Source: Eledone cirrhosa (taxonomy: Eukaryota). From it: 64,000 nt of DNA. The stretch is from the NCBI GenBank assembly GCA_964016885.1, contig OZ024741.1, positions 41,912,001 to 41,976,000 on the forward strand, given 5' to 3'. Every line of letters begins with the position of its first letter. The stretch's first letter is position 1. The translations under genes were made by a program, and so were the position numbers. A model generated the notes under the pieces. It did no database searches. It saw nothing but the letters and a program-made list of their open reading frames with translations, and was not told the DNA's origin. Below are positions 60,155 through 64,000 of this stretch, piece after piece.

Positions 60155-60194
<40 letters not shown>

Positions 60195-60276
60195 AAAAAT
60201 TGAACGGGAACAAAACAGAGAGGCAGTACGAACAAAGGTTTATTAGTTTCACGCTCTTGAGAGTGGGGTGGTGGTG

Positions 60277-60345
<69 letters not shown>

Positions 60346-60388
60346 ATGAACGGATGGATGTAACTATATGTATGTAACTATATATGTG

Positions 60389-60448
<60 letters not shown>

Positions 60449-60769
60449 GTAATAAACGAAAGATATATACTTTATATCATCTCTATTTATTTCAGTATAT
60501 ATATTTCGAAGATGCAAAGTTTTATATATAGCAAAGCAAAACATGTTCTGCTCAGACAAAATACATAGAAAATGAATATTTTTTTCATGATGGTGTCCCC
60601 AAAAAAATCTATACACACTTCAACAGCATTCTAATAAATAGAGTATACATTTTGGGGGGAACAACTTGTATATACATATATATATATATATAACGGAGGA
60701 AATGTGGTAAGGAACCAGGTGGACCATAACGCACCAAAGTACTCAATACTTAGGGTAGTAGAGTGGGTA

Positions 60770-60893
60770 ATAGGAACGAGTAGGACCCCGACGGCTGAGC
60801 TCAAGCCGTTTCGACGGCTAAATCGTCCAGATCTGGACGATTTAGCCGTCGAAACGGCTTGAGCTCAGCCGTCGGGGTCCTACTCGTTCCTAT
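60770..60893. repeat. Perfect 124-bp palindrome with no spacer
   Basis: Base-by-base symmetry about AGA|TCT (60831/60832). Confidence 0.97.
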
Positions 60894-61239
60894 ATATATA
60901 TATATATCATAAATGACCGATTAGTTTCAAAAAGCCGGTACAGTGCGATAGAAATATATAAGGGGTGAAGGATGACAAATAAAACAAAACATAGTTAATG
61001 ATTTACTTAGTATATTTCAATATATATCAGGGCTATTACATCGATCGTTTGATGTGTTTTGAACTGTTTTCATTTCACATTTGAAAAGTGGATTTTAGCA
61101 CTGAAATATCACGTTGTAATATTCTGGGTAAAACATTGTTTTATTTGTTATCCTTTGCCCTTTATTTCTACTGCATTGTACCGGTTTTCTAAGACTTATC
61201 AATCATTACATATCTCACAATGCTTCGTATTAACTATAC

Positions 61240-61480
61240 TAATATATATGTACGTATATGTATGGATATATATATGTATGCATGTATATATATATATATG
61301 TATGCATGTATATGTATATATATATGTATGTATATATATGTATGCATGTATATGTATATGTATGTATGTATATATATGTATGCATGCATATGTATATATA
61401 TGTACGTATGTATATATATATGTATGCATGCATATGTATATATATGTACGTATGTATATATATATGTATGCATGCATATG

Positions 61481-61513
<33 letters not shown>

Positions 61514-62030
61514 GTATGTATATATATGTATATATATATATATATATGTATATATATGTATGTATGTATATATATGTATGCATGTATATATATGTATATA
61601 TATGTATATATATGTATATATATGTATGTATGTATATATATGTATATATATGTATGTATGTATATATATGTATATATATGTATGTATGTATATATATGTA
61701 TATATATGTATGTATGTATATATATGTATGCATGTATATATATGTATACATGTATATATATGTATACATGTATATATATGTATATATATGTATGCATGTA
61801 CATATATGTATACATGTATATATATGTATATATATGTATGCATGTATATGTATGTATATGTATGCATGTATATGTATGCATGTATATGTATGATTATGTA
61901 TGTGTATATATGTTTATGTATGTGTATATATAAATATATGATTATGTATATATATATGCATGATTATGTATATATATATGCATGATTATGTATGTACATA
62001 TGTATATATATATATATATACACACACACA
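61240..62030. repeat. (TATG/TA/TGCA) compound microsatellite
   Basis: Seen directly in the sequence. Confidence 0.95.
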
Positions 62031-62038
62031 CGCACACA

Positions 62039-62117
62039 CAGGGTGTCCTCCAAAAATGTAGACACACTTCAACATCATTCTAATCAAAGTATGTATAGAT
62101 TTTGGGGTGACACCCTG
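62039..62117. mobile_element. 79-bp Tc1/mariner-type MITE
   Basis: CAGGGTGTCCTCCAAAAATGTAGACA ... TGTATAGATTTTGGGGTGACACCCTG; second copy at 60591-60668. Confidence 0.75.
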
Positions 62118-62611
62118 TGTGTGTGTGTATGTATATATATATATATATATATGTAATAGTAGTATTCGTTGTATGTTAAAAAACAGGTGTGAATGAAAGA
62201 CGAACGACCATCGAAGTGAAAATAAGCGTAAACAGAACATGTAATCTCTGTTGCTTTCTTCATAATAGTACTATTCACATATAATAGTCAGTACTAATAC
62301 AAACCACTAATTCGGATGGTGGTTGCTCTTCACGTTTCTTACATTGGTTGGTTATATTAAGTTAATTATAGTTATTTCTAAGTTATTGACACGATTTATA
62401 TAGCAGTAGTCTTGTACCTATAATATTTCCCTTCTACGAGAGAACTAAGTCAATATATTGAATGGGTCCTTTTTTCGTTATTTCAGCTATCTAGTTCGCC
62501 CACTCAACAACGAAACAAATAAATGAAAATAAACATAATGCACTGTAGTTGCCTTCCGGTTCAATTTGAAACTGAGCAAGCATGCACCTAAGTAACAAAT
62601 AATAAGGTGAA

Positions 62612-62896
62612 CCTTCATCTTAGGTCTAGACGATGCTAACAACCACTTCGGTAGTTTCCGTTTTCGTAGGCGCTAAACAGGTCAGTTACATTATATATCT
62701 GTATGTTATATATGCATGTGTCTCTGACTGTTCGGCAATCTTTCCGTACATCACAGAGATAGCCGAACATTCACATACATACATAAACTAATATACATAC
62801 TACACACACATATATATATGCATAGATATTGTACACAATCTGTTCAGCGGAAAATACCGAAGGCATTGTTGACATTGTCTAGACCTAAGACGAAGG
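62612..62896. mobile_element. MITE-like element with ~49-bp imperfect TIRs
   Basis: CCTTCATCTTAGGTCTAGACGATG...TTCGGTAGTTTCCG versus CGGAAAATACCGAAG...CATTGTCTAGACCTAAGACGAAGG; TSD not evident. Confidence 0.65.
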
Positions 62897-64000
62897 ATGA
62901 TAGTAATAGTGTAAGCATTTTATGACACTAAATCTAGGACTAATTGTATGAGGAAAGGAAGAAAGTTCCAAAATCGAACGAACGACACATTTTTACCGGT
63001 ACATTTTTATCAACACATCTCGGTAGGAATGAAAATCTAAGTGGACTACAGTGCGATTTGAACTCTGAATCTAGAATAACGAATGACAGCTGTGGATGGA
63101 CTTAAAACTGTAAAGTTGTTGCTCAGCCCAGATTGAGCAGACGCTTCAACAATAATTTTTCCATTTTATTTACAAACATAACGTATCTAGCACTACATGT
63201 ATTCAACATCGTTTTTAAAAGATGGTTTGGGGAGATTTTCTAAAAGATTTAGCTGCTATTTCTAGTGACGACGTAAGAAGCTCCTTCCTTGGCTGCAAAA
63301 TACTTTAGTCCGGTGCCATACTGTGTCGAGACATGAGCTAATAGGTGGGAGGTGAGAATTTGTAATGTCCATGCCTTTCCCATTAACGACTTTTGGTGTT
63401 GTTAGTGTTACATATGTTAGTGTTTTATTAAATTGACTTAGTCAGATGCTGTTGTTGGTGTAGTAGTAGTAGTAGTAGGAATAATAATAGTAGTAGTAGT
63501 ATATAGTAATAATTATTACATTTGGTGCTAGTGTTGTTAATGCTTCTTACACTGTTGGGTTAGTTTCGTTTTAAGTTAGTCGGGTCTAGCTGTTGGCTGT
63601 ATTTTAGTGCTGAGTGTTTTTACTAGTAGTATGTGGCGAAGTGTGAGTAGTCATTGAAGTCATAGTCACAGTGATAATAATACTAATAATCTTAGACTAA
63701 TTACTAAATCTACCACACAAAACAGAAACCAACGTCACGTTACCCCATTCACTGTAGTTATTATCATTAATACATATTTTCTCGACAATCCACCTTTTAT
63801 TTATAAAAAAGGGGGGAAGCAGCTTGATAACCGAGCCATTTCATGCTTTAAAATGCCATGAACTTCACAACCTCCCGTATCTCATCTCTTGTATATAAAA
63901 AAAGATCTCGGGTTTCACGAGTACATGACTAAGAATTACTATTTATCTTTTAGAAAGAGGCATGAATGTCACAATTCCACCTCATCCCAATATAACAGAG

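Noticed and set aside
63725-63830. AACGTCACGTT and TATAAAAA as a promoter
   Set aside because: Short motifs expected by chance in AT-rich DNA; no downstream exon visible in the window.

Overview
AT-rich, repeat-saturated eukaryotic DNA. The SINE/LINE families and very long (TA)n tracts suggest an octopod cephalopod (inference from recalled repeat families, no search run). I can support no intact host protein-coding exon, and most long ORFs in the track are translations of microsatellites. The window holds decayed or truncated non-LTR retrotransposons (a 2.35 kb RTE with a PHD-type finger after the RT core, four young RTE 3' ends, two CR1-group 3' ends), at least three tRNA-derived SINE families, TTAA- and TA-flanked MITEs, two non-autonomous Helitrons and a 200-N gap. 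The most notable hidden structure is a set of Penelope-like element remnants: one GIY-YIG tail, five minimal type-I hammerhead ribozymes with intact cores, two single-mutant ones, and a 124-bp perfect palindrome folded back inside a hammerhead. CpG is visibly depleted left of ~43.95 kb and retained in unique DNA to the right, with a GC-box/octamer/splice-donor cluster at the boundary. This suggests the 5' end of a minus-strand gene whose intron(s) cover the left two-thirds.
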